Shown here one piece after another: positions 46,925 to 58,549 of a stretch of 64,000 bases of DNA (position 1 is its first letter; every line of letters starts with the position of its first letter). The position numbers and the translations under genes were made by a program. The stretch is taken from assembly GCF_036321535.1 (NCBI RefSeq), contig NC_087436.1, positions 111,912,001 through 111,976,000 of the forward strand, given 5' to 3'. The DNA is from Camelus dromedarius. Lineage: Eukaryota. The notes beneath the pieces are model-generated. The model saw only the letters and a program-made list of their open reading frames with translations. It searched no databases and was not told where the DNA came from.

Positions 46925-47620
46925 CCAGTGGCTTTGAGCCAGATAAGCACTTGCTGATGTCGAGTGAATTTTGTTGGCCTACCCAGCATTTTAAAGTATT
47001 TAAATACAATGTTATGAACTAAATGTGTCTCCCCCTTCCCCAGATTGGTATGTTGAAGCCTTAACCCCAGAGTAGTGGTATTCAGGGATGGGGCCAAGAA
47101 GATGGGTCCTGCATTATGGGATTAGTGTTCTTACAGAAGGGACACCAGGGGACTCACCTCCTCTCTCCACCATGTGAAGGCACTGTGAGCAGGCAGCCAC
47201 CTACAAGCCAGGAGGAGAACTCTCACCAGAACTGGACCGTGCTGGCACCGTGATCTGGGGCTTCCAGCCTCCAGAATTATGACAAAATTAATTTCTCTTA
47301 AGCTACTCCATCTAGGGTATTTTTGATACAGTAGCCTGAGCTGTCTGATACATCCAGTTTTATAGCTTCTCCACAAAGGGAAAAAAGAATAAACTATGTA
47401 AACAACAAATAAACAAAACAAAATAAAACCAACAAAAAGACTCAGCAAAGATCTGGCTCTTCTCCCACATGGCAACAATGGCCTGGAGCTGACTGGGAGC
47501 TGCCCTCCTCCCACTGCGACCTCCAGTCTGCCCTGGTCCTCTGTAACTCCTCGTACCTCCCTCTGCTGTCCTTGGTGGGCTGCGCCTGTACGTATCTGCA
47601 AGACAAGTGTCGTCATTTGA
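46925..47620. mobile_element. MER102-like hAT MITE split by the MLT1A LTR
   Basis: Left part ttttgttggcctacccagcattttaaag; right part aagatctggc...cccacatggcaacaatggcctggagctgactgggagctgcc...ctccagtctgcc. Confidence 0.65.
47010..47352 (+). mobile_element. MaLR solo LTR (MLT1A-like), TG...CA termini
   Basis: tgttatgaactaaatgtgtc...tatgttgaagccttaacccc...catgtgaaggcac...caagccaggaggagaactctcaccagaac...cttccagcctccagaa...gataca. Confidence 0.9.
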
Positions 47621-48269
47621 GCTTTCTAGTCCTGCTTTAGAATCACCCTTTCTTTGCTGGGAACACACCTCACTGAAGACCAACCACTGCTTTTATTGCA
47701 TAAAGGGGACAGTCAGGTAGCATGTGTGTATCCGTAATCAACCTCAATCAATCCATGTCAGCAGGGAGGTGCAGAGGGCAACTTGGGGAACTCAGTTCTT
47801 CTGTACTTGTTATTTTGCATCCTGTTCACCCCTGGGTGGGCCTTTCCAAATGTCTGTTCGTCTCTGTCTCTTTCCCTTTGATTCACCCTCTCCTTCTGTG
47901 TGTCTTTGTTTACATACACATAAATATCTACATGTATGTATTGATGTAGGTATATTATACAATATGTAACATACATAAAATCTAATTGGGTAAAAATATG
48001 CATCCATGTATCTTCTCGATTTACATATTTATATGGATCAGTTAAAACATTGTCAATTTTCTCCAAAATGCAATTTATATTATATTCTAAATGTACTGAA
48101 TCAAGTGATGAGATCAATTCAGTCTTTGGGAATCTGTTCCAGTCCCGCAGTATCCTCAACGATTCTTAAAGGTAGAAGACTGTCGATTCTTTATTCCCAA
48201 CACCTGACTAATTTGGAAACTTGCAGACCCATCTTAATAAGAAAAATCAAACCAACAGCAAGTGTTGTT

Positions 48270-48490
48270 ACTTAACAACTAAATGTACTTAAGTGATTAC
48301 CCTGTGCTCAGCCCTGTGCTAAATTAACTGCCCTCTTCATCTCATTTAGTACGTGGACAAACCGAAAATAAGCAGGATTATTTCCGTTTTACAGATGAGG
48401 GAGTCACAATGCAGCCATATTAAGCAACAGTGAGACATAAGCATAAAGGCGTAACCCAGATTTTCTTACTTCAGCCTAATTCTTCCATTT
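48270..48490 (-). mobile_element. MIR SINE
   Basis: catctcatttagt...attatttccgttttacagatgaggga. Confidence 0.7.
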
Positions 48491-49389
48491 TTGCCCAATT
48501 GCACATGATTATGTGGTTGAAAAATTATTGGTTATATGTGAGAGCTTCATAACCGTTACAATTTGGTAGGTTCACACATCTAGCAAAGTGTGTGCTGCTT
48601 TCATTTAATTTTAAAATAAGAAGGAACTTTGCCCTGAGGTCAAACCGTCCTTTGTAATTTGAACTCTGAAACACTTTTTCTTAAATGATACAAATTTACA
48701 GTTGCTCTCACTCCCAAACAAATACGCTTTTCTTGGGAAGTCAGTATTCTTCTAAGTTATTAAGAACAGTGATATTTTTTCTCTCTGATTCCCAAGAAAT
48801 TGATAAATTTAGTGATTTGAGTCAATGACTTGATGTGGACCTGGGGACTTTTAAACTGAAAAGGGGATCGGAGATGAGTAATGAGTGAAAGGGACCCACA
48901 GACTGGGGTCAGTGGTTTTTGAATTAAGACTAGGTGATACTTCTCAGTGCACAGAAACTTCTGTACTCCCTGCTGTGTCCCAACAGGGAGGGTCCTTATA
49001 GTGGGACAGAGCTGCTTCAAACCATCTCCCTAGGAAGCCAGCTCTGTCCAGTCTTTCCTTTAAGCAACAAAATGCAAAATGTATTTGTTTCCAGAGCCAG
49101 TGGTGGAGGGGACCTCTGAATCCAATGACTTCCCCCTGAATGTCCTATGACTCAGCTCCAATCTCAGGAAAGCGTACAATGATCGGTTCTATTTCAGGTT
49201 CCTTCAGCTCAAAGGATTTTTCCCTTAAAACCCTGGCCTGAGATAAATGCTCCTGGTGCTCAGGAGCTAATGTCAGCATGCTGAGCCTCTTGTGTGAATT
49301 TGGAGTTCCTGTCCCCTCGTCCCCGGCCATGCCCACTGCACTCCCATTGGCAGCTGGCCAAGAGCAAATCCCTCTTCAAAGCTGCCCCA

Positions 49390-49760
49390 TCATATTCTAA
49401 GCCTGTGGCCTGGGACAAGTTCCTTACATCCCTTTGGCTTTGCGAGGGAATCATATATGTCAGAGTATATGGGGAGATAAATGAGACGGCAGAAATAAAA
49501 ACCCTAGCACCGTATGTCCAAATAGCACATCCCGTTGTTAGGCGTTTGGGTCTGTCATTTGATTTGATTGAATACTGTTGCTGCCACCATCTTGTTACAA
49601 GACCTCGGGGAGGCTTCAAAACCTCTTCGAGTCATTTTCTTCATTTTTCAAATAAGAATAGAAATAGTTACTGCCACATAAGCCTGGCGAGGAAGAGATA
49701 AGAGGATGCACTTAGTGTGGTGCTTGGCATGCGGCAGACCCTCAGTATATTTTAGCTCTT
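49390..49760 (+). mobile_element. Two MIR fragments (about 49390-49530 and 49610-49760)
   Basis: ctgtggcctgggacaagttccttac; ttttcttcatttttcaaataagaatag...gcacttagtgtggtgcttggcatgcggcagaccctcagtata. Confidence 0.6.
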
Positions 49761-50994
49761 GTTCATTTCTAGAATTCTTTTTATACCTGTGTGTCTCTCA
49801 GACAGATCTCACTTTTTTTCTGAAGGGTGGACATTAGAGTCACAATGGGATGCAGCTCTCTGGGGAGAAGCATCAGCGGGCACACGCACCCAGCTCCATC
49901 CTCGGCACACACCCTCTGCCTCAGGCTGTCCGCAGCAGGGCACCATCCAGACGTCTCCCTCAAGAAGGGCCAAACCCACAGCCTGACTCCTGCCTGGCAG
50001 TTGCCTATTTTGGGGGGATTTCTTTTGCCAGGAGGATTTGTTCGTTTCCATGAGGAGCCAGAAGTAGTAGCTATTGAATGACTAACGAATAGGCATTCAG
50101 TAGTGGCTGCTGTCCCTCTGAGGTTGGCTAGGACTTGTCAAAGGAGAAATACAGGCAGGATGGAGGCAGGATGGAGTCAGGTCTCAGCTCAGTTGCTCCA
50201 GAGGAGGGAATCAGCTTGTACCCGCGGTGAAGACAGAACGGTCGGCGTTGGGGGCCAGTGAGAGGCAGGGAAGCCCCACCCTTAATGCTTGCTGAGACTC
50301 AGATCTCTGCAGTGAACACCATTGAGCTAATTCACCTGTGTGAGGCCATAAAGGGAAGGATTTTCACAAATGGAAACCACAGCTCCCAGAGTGGGTGTAC
50401 TTTGGAAAGAGAGGGCTGGCTATCAGGTTGTCTCTGAGGAATTGCGAGGCGTTACAGGATCCTGAAGTTCTGTGGGAGCTTCTAGCTGGTAATTGAAGGT
50501 AGAGATGGGACCACACATTAGAAAGGATTTGGGAATTTGCACTCTTCCTGGAAGCACCTTTTCTAAATGGATTGGCTTTTTTCCAGATCATGGCTGGTTG
50601 AGATGCGAAAAGATATTTTTTTTCTTTCTTCCTCTTAAATAGGGAACTTCTTTTTTTCCCTTTTTTTAAGAAAGACTGTAAAACACTGAGATTTTAGGTG
50701 GACCTGTCCAATTTTATAATTCAATTTCTTATGAAGAGTCATAAAACTTAATATGCTGCGATCTTGAATAATGTAATAATTAGTTCTGTGTCATTAGATG
50801 GAAGGAAATCATTGCATGAGGATGAATCAGTGCCTGGGGGAGGCAGGTGACTGAGTGCCTTGTCCCCCAAAGTGTTTTTCTAAGAAAAATCTGGCCAGCG
50901 TGAGGCTGCTTGTCTCCCTCCTGCATTTCCCTTTCCCTTAGCTTCCCTCTCCGATGTGTGTAAGTGATCCCAGTATGCATCCAGGTCCAGTTAT

Positions 50995-51430
50995 TCATTC
51001 AATTTTTTTTTGAGTCTCACTGTGAGCCAGCCCCTCTGCTTGCAACTGGGAATGCACACGTAAACAAACCAAAGTGGTTCTGGTCCCTGCCCTCACAGGG
51101 TGCAATCTAATGCAGGCCACAGACAATTAAGCAGTAATTGCTACGCGATGAGAAAAGCGCAATGGCCGTGAAGCCCGAGGGGCTCCTGGGGGCTCACAGG
51201 ATGGGCATGCATCTAAACTAGACTGAGAGTGGGCAGGGCAGCTGGAGGGAGCCCCATGAAGTGGGGTGGGAGGGTGTCCTGCAACGCGCAAAGCCTGAGG
51301 GGAGGGGGAGACCGGAGCACCGCCCCCAAGGTGGGGAGTTTTGACTTCATCCTCAGGGTCGCGTCTCCGAAGTCAGGAGAGGGTTTTCCATGGGGAATAC
51401 CACGATCAGATTTACAGTTTAGACACATGT
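50995..51430 (-). mobile_element. L2 3' portion
   Basis: ttattcattcaa...ggtccctgccctcacagggtgcaatcta...ggagttttgacttcatcct...cacgatcagatttacagttttaga. Confidence 0.8.
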
Positions 51431-51479
51431 CCTCCTCTGTTCCTTTTTATCTAGTCCATTGCATCTCACAACCGTCTAG

Positions 51480-52000
51480 TAGCCCTGCCGTCGCTTAGTC
51501 CCAGCCTCCTTTCAGATTTCCTTCCAGGCTCGCTGTCCAGAGAAAAATGACACATGGCCAAAGGATAATTTTTTATAAAAGGTAAAATGATGAATCTTAT
51601 AAATATGAAATACTTACGTCCAGTATTAATGTCAAAGATTAATTTAACTCATTAGTTAATGAGGGAACCAGTAAGACGTTGCAACCAGTTCAAAGGAGAA
51701 TTCAAAGAACCGTATGTTTATATGCCCTAAAGAAATGCTGAAATAAGTTTATAAATAGCTGCAGAAACAGGTCTGTCCATAGCAGGATAATGAACCTCAC
51801 ACAACTAACACACATTTATGGGTAAAAATACTTTACATGCTTATCAGTTCTCCATGACTTACAGAGCTGTAGATAGCTCAAAGGTGGAGATAACCCAACT
51901 GGACAGGCAACTCATGAATCTTTTTAGCCCATTTCAAAGTTTTTCGTAATTTTTCCTGACACTAAACTCCACAAACATATGTCTTGGGTTCTGGAAGCCT
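51480..52000. mobile_element. Possible ERV-derived (LTR-element) fragment, family unresolved
   Basis: taatttaactcattagttaatgagggaaccagtaag...gttcaaaggagaattcaaagaac resembles a dispersed eutherian LTR-element repeat; family not confidently recalled. Confidence 0.35.
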
Positions 52001-52165
52001 GCATTTATTTCTGAGCTCTGCCATTCCAGTTTGAACCCTGAAGAGCCCAGCTCTTTCCCCTTCTGGACCTCAGTCTCCCCATTTTAATTGCTTCATATAC
52101 TAAGCATCTGTGTATGATACTACCTGAACAAAGCAAACTACTGAAATAATAATTTGTACTATATG

Positions 52166-52355
52166 CGGGGTTGCCAGATTTCACAAATAAAAACACAGGA
52201 TGCCCCGTTAAAATTGAATTTCACATAAACATCAAAGACTTTTTAGTAAATGCATGTCTCAAGCATTGCATGGGATATACTTATACTAAAAAAATAGTCT
52301 TTTTGCCTGAAATTCCAGTTTACCTCAGCATCCCGTGTTTTATCTGATAGTCCTA
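52166..52355. mobile_element. MER53 palindromic hAT MITE, full length
   Basis: gggttgccagatt...aaataaaaacacaggatgccccgttaaaattgaatttca...tgggatatacttatactaaaaaa...tgaaattccagtt...gcatcccgtgttttatctgatagtccta; degenerate 8-bp TSD actatatg / cggatatg. Confidence 0.9.
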
Positions 52356-52389
52356 CGGATATGTTGAGCATGAAGCGAAGGGTGTGGAC

Positions 52390-52455
52390 TGTAGTCTTAA
52401 AGGATGTAGACTTAAAAGTGTAGATTTAAAAGTGTAGTGTTTAAGGGTGCAGATT
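52390..52455. repeat. Degenerate 14-15-bp minisatellite (about 4.5 units)
   Basis: tgtagtcttaaagga / tgtagacttaaaag / tgtagatttaaaag / tgtagtgtttaaggg / tgcagatt. Confidence 0.8.
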
Positions 52456-53284
52456 GTAATCTTCCACAAGAGAAGATGGTCAATTCAAAAAGACTTGGGA
52501 AGTCTGAGACTCCATTTCCTAAGTTATTAATTTTCTTTTGTTTTTTCGTTTGTCTTGTCTTGTTTAATCACGCATCCTTGGTAGATGTAAGCAGAGAGAT
52601 CACATTCAGTACCAAACTGGGGTATCGGCTACAGGCTGGCAGGAACTTGCATTTCTGAAGGAAAGAGAGGAGGAAGCAGCCAGTGGAGAGGATGTTTCCC
52701 TTCCATTCTCTCCCTCCCATCCTTCGGGTTCTGACAGGTATTTGTCATGGGACAGGAAACTGGGCACGCGAGTCACGTCACAAGGGTGGCTCTCGGCTGG
52801 CCTTAGAGAAGAACTCCATCCCTAATTAGCACCCAGCTCACCCCAGGACCTTAGTTACAACGTGTCTGCACGAGACTAGCAGGTGCGTCAGGCACAGTGT
52901 CGGGTGTTTGGGGAGGCACAGAACACAAGTGAGTTGGGGAGACCCATTTCTGGTCTTCCAGATTTTAGAGGATTTTATCATTCCCATTGGATAGTGGTGC
53001 ATTTTCTCTTTTTCCTAATTGTGCAGTTGGCTGAAGGATGGAAACTCCAATCTTAGGATGAGTAAGGTTGGAAATGGACCATATCAGCCTCGCTCGCTGT
53101 TCAGTCTCATTGCCTGGCCCTTGTCCATGGTGCTCAGTATTCTGCAGATGAGTAAGTGAATACATGAATGTATGAGGCGTCCTGGAAGGCTTCTAGGAGC
53201 AGGTGATGCTTGAGTTAAATTGAGAGAAGAAAAGATGAGTTTTCGGTAAGGCTAAGAATCTTGATAGTTAAGTTAAATATTTAG

Positions 53285-53361
53285 TAATAGGTTCAACCAT
53301 ATGCAATTATAATTTCTCCAAAAGTCAGAAATGGTTGAATACTCAGAAGGGTCAACGTAAT
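53285..53361. mobile_element. MADE2-like mariner MITE
   Basis: About 80 bp: taataggttcaaccatatgcaatt...gtcagaaatggttgaata...gtcaacgtaat with degenerate inverted ends. Confidence 0.65.
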
Positions 53362-53580
53362 CATAGCTAACACTGTTGAACATTTAGTATGTGTTTTAAG
53401 CTCTTTGCATGTATTGACCCATTATTGATGTTGTTAACCCTATTAGGTAAATACTCCTATTATTTACATTTGACCAAAGAAGCAACTGAGAAGTTAAGTA
53501 GCAGACCCAAGGTCACACAGCCCAGTAGGAAATCTAGGGCTCCCCCAGGATGTCTGCGGCAGGACCCTGAATGCTTAGCA
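53362..53580 (-). mobile_element. MIR SINE
   Basis: atagctaacactgttgaacattt...taagctctttgcatgtattgaccc...gaagttaagtagcagacccaaggtcacacagcc. Confidence 0.85.
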
Positions 53581-55469
53581 AATATCTTGAAAGCAAAGAG
53601 GGTGGGGCATGTGGAGGGGCATACGGAGGGTATAAGATGGGATGTGCACTTCCCATAAAATAGGAAATCTGTTGGGTAGATTGAAGATAAAGTGTCAGCT
53701 TAGGAGGAGCTACAGCTACCCTGAGATGGTCATCCAGAAATTAGCAGTTTCTTTTCACCTCTTCCTTTAACCAGGGCACGTCCTGGCCCCCTCTTTCTGC
53801 CAACCCAGGTGCCTTCGGCAGTACAGACTCCAGCCTGGCATTTCAAGGGGTTTAAAGCCAAACCATGTCAGCTCTGCCCAGGGTGTCAGCTCCCCCCGCC
53901 TAACCCACTGGACACCACATACCTGTGTGGCTTGCCAAGGGCTTTAAGGTTTTCAGTGGGTTCCAAAAGGGCCCTTTTTCTGGCAAGAGAGAGAAGGGCT
54001 TGTCCCTTTTGCTATGGCCCTTCCCCTGGACATTTGCCAACAGATTCTGGGTATGGTCAGATTTAATAGAGGCAGCCGTGTTCATGGTCTTTGGCTGTTC
54101 CATCTAAGACTTTGTTAATTTTATTTAGTGAGAGTAAGGAAAGGAGACTTAGGTCCCAGACAAGTGCTTTTATTGCTCTAATGATCCTATGTAGCTTTCA
54201 AAGGCCTCAGTGAGCTTCCACATCTGTAAAATGGGAACATGGTCTGCCTGCTCCACTGAGTTTGGCTCCTCGGAATCCCCAGTCCACAGGACGATGCTCA
54301 CCACACTATGGTTCAGATCCGTACTCCACACAGCCTGGCTCCGAACACATGGTGCATCCTGTCTGCCTTAGCAGAGTGACAGGGACAGCAAAGAGAGGCT
54401 ACAACTAGGAACCATCACAAATCCCTTTGTAATAATCGGTGAATTATTTACATGAAGGATTTAGATCTATTTAGGTGTTTTTATTTCCGTGAACAAAACT
54501 CTGCTTTTTGTGTATATGAATGACTGCTTACAAGACAAAAATCCCTTTAACTTGCGTAAAAACACATCTTGGGTAAAGACCCAAGTGATTAGAAATAAGA
54601 AGCTTGCAATGACAAGCTGATGGCTTGATGGCTTGGGCTTGAAATAGAATTCCACCAACCGAAACTTTAAGTATAATTAAGAGCAAAACACGACCTGAAA
54701 GAACATTGAGGATTTGATGTAAACCCACAGAAGCCCAAAGACTCAGAGTTGAAGCTCTGAAGTCACCAGGCTCTCTGCTGCCCTGGGTAGAGGGCACTCT
54801 GATAGCTGTTTTTGCTCCTGGGGGCAGGAGCTGCATGTCATCTCCTGAACTGTGAGGACCAGGAAAAGGGGCACAAAAGCTTGAGTTAAAGGCAACATGT
54901 ATGTCAATTTCCAGCTGCTTCCGTTTTTCAGCTGAAGGAAACTTACACATTCTATCGAGCACATTAAAAATGAAGTTTCCTGGTTTGGAAAATCAAATGC
55001 TTGACCTGTGCAAAGAAAAAAGCCACCTCCACCCTCTACTTAGATAACCTGAACTCCTGTTACAATGGACTTCAACCAAGGGGACGCTGTTCCTTTGGGG
55101 CCCATCTCCTTCCCTTTGGGGTGAGCAAGGTTTGTCATCCAAGACCTCTCGGACTGGTGCTTCCCTCCTGCACTTGTGGGAAATATTTTCCTCCCTTGCA
55201 GATATGAAAAAAAAAAATGTTAGCACCCTTCAGAGGCAGCAAAATGGGACAGAATGGGTGTCCTGGTTAGGAAAATCAGCCCAGCCTAGCAAATCTGTAA
55301 AATAATAACTGTATATCCCTCCTAGGACTTGGGGGTAGGGAGGGTCTTTCTTCTTTTTAAACATTCTCCTGTTATTTATTATGTGGCATTTACTGCAACA
55401 GGTTGCCCCAGAAAGACAAAATAGGTTGATATACATGGAAGGAGGAGGAAGTGGGGACGACCCGATATT

Positions 55470-55670
55470 TATGAAGTGACTGTAGTGGACCATCATACTT
55501 ATATTGTATCATATAATTTAACTTTACCTCATTTTCATAAAAATCTATAAAGTCGATTTTCTATAGGTAAGGCGACAGCTCAGAGGAGTTAAGTAACTTG
55601 CTCCAAGTCACACAGCAAGTATGAGGCAGAGTTGAGATTTAAGCCCCCAAAGCCCTGTTTATTTCTACCA
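55470..55670 (-). mobile_element. MIR fragment
   Basis: gctcagaggagttaagtaacttgctccaagtcacacagcaagtatgaggcagagttgagatttaagccc. Confidence 0.8.
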
Positions 55671-56169
55671 TGGTATGTGGAAAATACTTTCAAAATGCAG
55701 TCATAGAATATGCCATAACTTTCTCTCTTTCCTCCTATTAAAGCTTCTAGCAAGAATTTTCATAAATCTTGCCCACAAGTCCTGAGAGCTGTTTCACTGC
55801 AGAGACGACAAGAGTAAAGGGAAGGGAAGAGGGACAGGAGAACAAGGAGAGATGCCAGGTTTCCCTATTTCTCTGCCCAGACTGGCAGGGCGATGTCTGG
55901 GGGCTCGGTGCTTTCACCGTAATCATGATGCATCTTTTGAAAGGAAATGAGAAGTTGCTCAGAAAGAGTAATTAGATAATTGGTTCCCAGGAAGGGGACT
56001 TGCTGGATCAGGAGCAGTTTTCAACTCCATGACGCTTTTCATCTGCTTCAGAATGTGAAATATGTCTGAAAAATTCATCCTGTGGGAGGCAGTGAATATT
56101 TCTTTCCTACAGGATAGAGAGAAATAGAATCTCATGGCAGGGACTCAAGTCAGGTCTGATCTAAAGAAA

Positions 56170-56290
56170 AAAAAAATAAGGGGGCATATCAGTACCTATC
56201 TCATAGGGCTATTATGAGGATTAAACATTTATAAAGCACTTAGACCACAGCCCGGCACATGGTAGGCATATAAGTACTTGCTAAGTAAAA
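56170..56290 (+). mobile_element. MIR 3' half
   Basis: agtacctatctcatagggctattatgaggattaaa...taaagcacttagaccacagcccggcacatggtag. Confidence 0.85.
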
Positions 56291-56594
56291 GCCAGTGAAT
56301 TGCCCTGTTGTCCTTACTGGGACATGAGTTCCAAGGGTAGCACATGTCCCCGTCATAGTGTAAACGCTCAAAAAAAGTTTAGTGGATGAAAAACACAAGG
56401 TGACTATAGTGACCTCAAAGTATATGACATTCTCAAATTCACGCCCATCTTGTTTCTCACTGAGAGTGTATGTGTTTCTCATTAAGTGTGCATATGGGAG
56501 TGTAAGTAATTGCAAAATCAAGACAGAGATTATTCAAATCCTCTTCTCCAAAATTGGGAATTCCTCTACAACGGTTTCTTAAAAAATTAGTAAG

Positions 56595-57420
56595 TTTCAG
56601 AGAGAATTATTGCACGTGAAAAATGTTTGGCGCTTCAAGTTTTAACCAGGCCAGTGTGTGCCATTCCACGTGTCTCCCTGAAATGCTCAGGTTGGTAGGT
56701 GAAATGGATGCATAGAAGTTATTACAGGTAAGCACGTCCCGATACCTGAAGGGTCCGCTTGTGATCTTCAATAAAGTCTCGGCACATTTGTACGCAGCTC
56801 CCAGCCCCCTTCGCAACAGCAAGAACGAGAGAGGTGCTACAGCAAATTACTTGATTAGCTATCTTTCAAAATTAAATTGGTTCTGATCTGGATGCTGTCA
56901 AAAAAAAAAAAAAAAAAAAAAAAACTAAGGCCTGGGGAAGATTACAGTGTTTATAAATCAAAAGCAGATGCTTCTATTTGTAATGGCATTTTGTTAAAAA
57001 AAAAAAATCTTGATTTGACAATCCTTCTTCCAGGTTTGAGTTCACTACAAAAGTGAAAAACAGGCAAGATGTGAAAGCACAAAGAACAGGATTTATCACG
57101 GAAATTCTAAAATGCCCTTAACTGTTGCCGTGGTGTGAGATACCGGCTTGAGTATCCGTCAGAGGAGGCTAACCCAGCCGCTGACAGTGACAGGTGGTTA
57201 TGCAAATAGATGTCAGGAGCCAGGCAGCTGGGCTTCTGTAAAGGCTAGAAGCCCACTGAGCGGAAAGGAGGCTACGAAAAGGCTGATGTGAAGGTGTACC
57301 CAGTGCTCACCTACACGTGGTGCTGGGTCCTGGGTTGCCTGTTTATGTCTCTGCTGAAGACGCCACAATTTAACGAGAGGTCCTTTCATAGCTGCCACGT
57401 TGCTTTGGGTTCTAGGCATG
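56595..57420. promoter_or_regulatory. Candidate enhancer island (E-boxes, tandem MEIS sites, octamer)
   Basis: CACGTG at 56613, 56667, 57314; CACGTT 57396; TGACAGTGACAG 57182-57193; ATGCAAAT 57200-57207; repeat-free apart from A-runs. Confidence 0.45.
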
Positions 57421-57889
57421 TTTCTGCTTCTGGTTCATTCACCAAAGTAACTGTGCCAGAGTGCTGAGCTTCGCTCCGGGTGAGCTGGGACAACTAGACA
57501 GCTCAGAGGCCCAACATTCCTCTCCCAGGGAGCCTGTGCACGGTGACTCCAGGCCGTTCTCACATCTGAAACTTCCCTCCTGGTTATCAAGGAAAACAAT
57601 TTCTGTTCCATCAGATTGCTTTGTATTATGTGCTGGGGCAGCCCTAAAATTGCAGGGTCACCCAGACCTGAGTCTGAATCCTGCCTTCACCCCTTCCTAG
57701 CACCTGCTTGCTTCCTAGCCAGCACAAGGGTTAAGCTAATCCCACTCTCCGAGTCTCAGTTTGGAGAATGTGACCAGTAAGTGCTGACACAAAAGACGTG
57801 TGGCAAGGATTGTGTGTCTGCTTTACTCATTTCTGTTATTGACCGTAGACCTTTGAAAAGGACATAAGGCGACAGCGTTGCATTTGAGG

Positions 57890-58070
57890 TCATCTGCTGT
57901 GTGTCCTTGAGCAGATAACTAAAACTCTCTGAGCCTTGGTTTCCTCATCTGTAGGATGGATAACTATATCCATCTCATTGAGTTTTGTGGAAATTAAATG
58001 AAATGTTTGGTGAGTCTCTAGAATCCATGTCCTAAGTACATGAATTAATGGTTGTGTTAACTTTGTTATT
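57890..58070 (+). mobile_element. MIR SINE
   Basis: gctgtgtgtccttgagcagataact...ctctctgagccttggtttcctcatctgtaggatgga. Confidence 0.9.
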
Positions 58071-58109
58071 GCTGTTTGAGGCCACTACCACAGATAAGAA
58101 CAAAATAAT

Positions 58110-58335
58110 AAACTTCCTTATCACTTTACCCTGTCACATTGATTTCACAGCATCAGAATGTTTTGCTTAACTCTTTGCTTGCTTCTTGTCTCACTCCCCT
58201 TCTGGAATGTAAGTTTATGAGGTCAGGGAGGTTTTATCTGCCTGGTTCACTGCAGTGTCCTCCACCTCCTAGGTCAATGTCTGACTCATTGTGGGCACTC
58301 AATAAATATCTGTAGTGTGAATGAATGAAGGAAGG
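58110..58335 (+). mobile_element. L2 3' end
   Basis: tggaatgtaagtttatgaggtcaggga...gttcactgcagtgtcc...gggcactcaataaatatctgtagtgtgaatgaatgaa. Confidence 0.9.
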
Positions 58336-58549
58336 AATGTGCAGAAGCTGCAGGAAGAGCACCACTTCACTTCCTCCATCCCTTTGGGAGCCCTGAGCTG
58401 CTGTGCAGTGACTCTGTCTGCCTGATGCCTGACTGACTGTTCTGCTTTGTGCATCCTCCGCTGAGAAGATCCTCTCCACCTCTTGGCATCTTCTCCGGCC
58501 ACCTCCTTCCCCTGCCTGCTGCCCCACCCCCAACCAGTGTGTGCTCAGG

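Noticed and set aside
47131..47616. 161-aa ORF with hydrophobic stretch
   Set aside because: Antisense read-through of MER102, an A-rich tract and MLT1A; ILEAGSPRSRC is a typical MaLR translation artefact.
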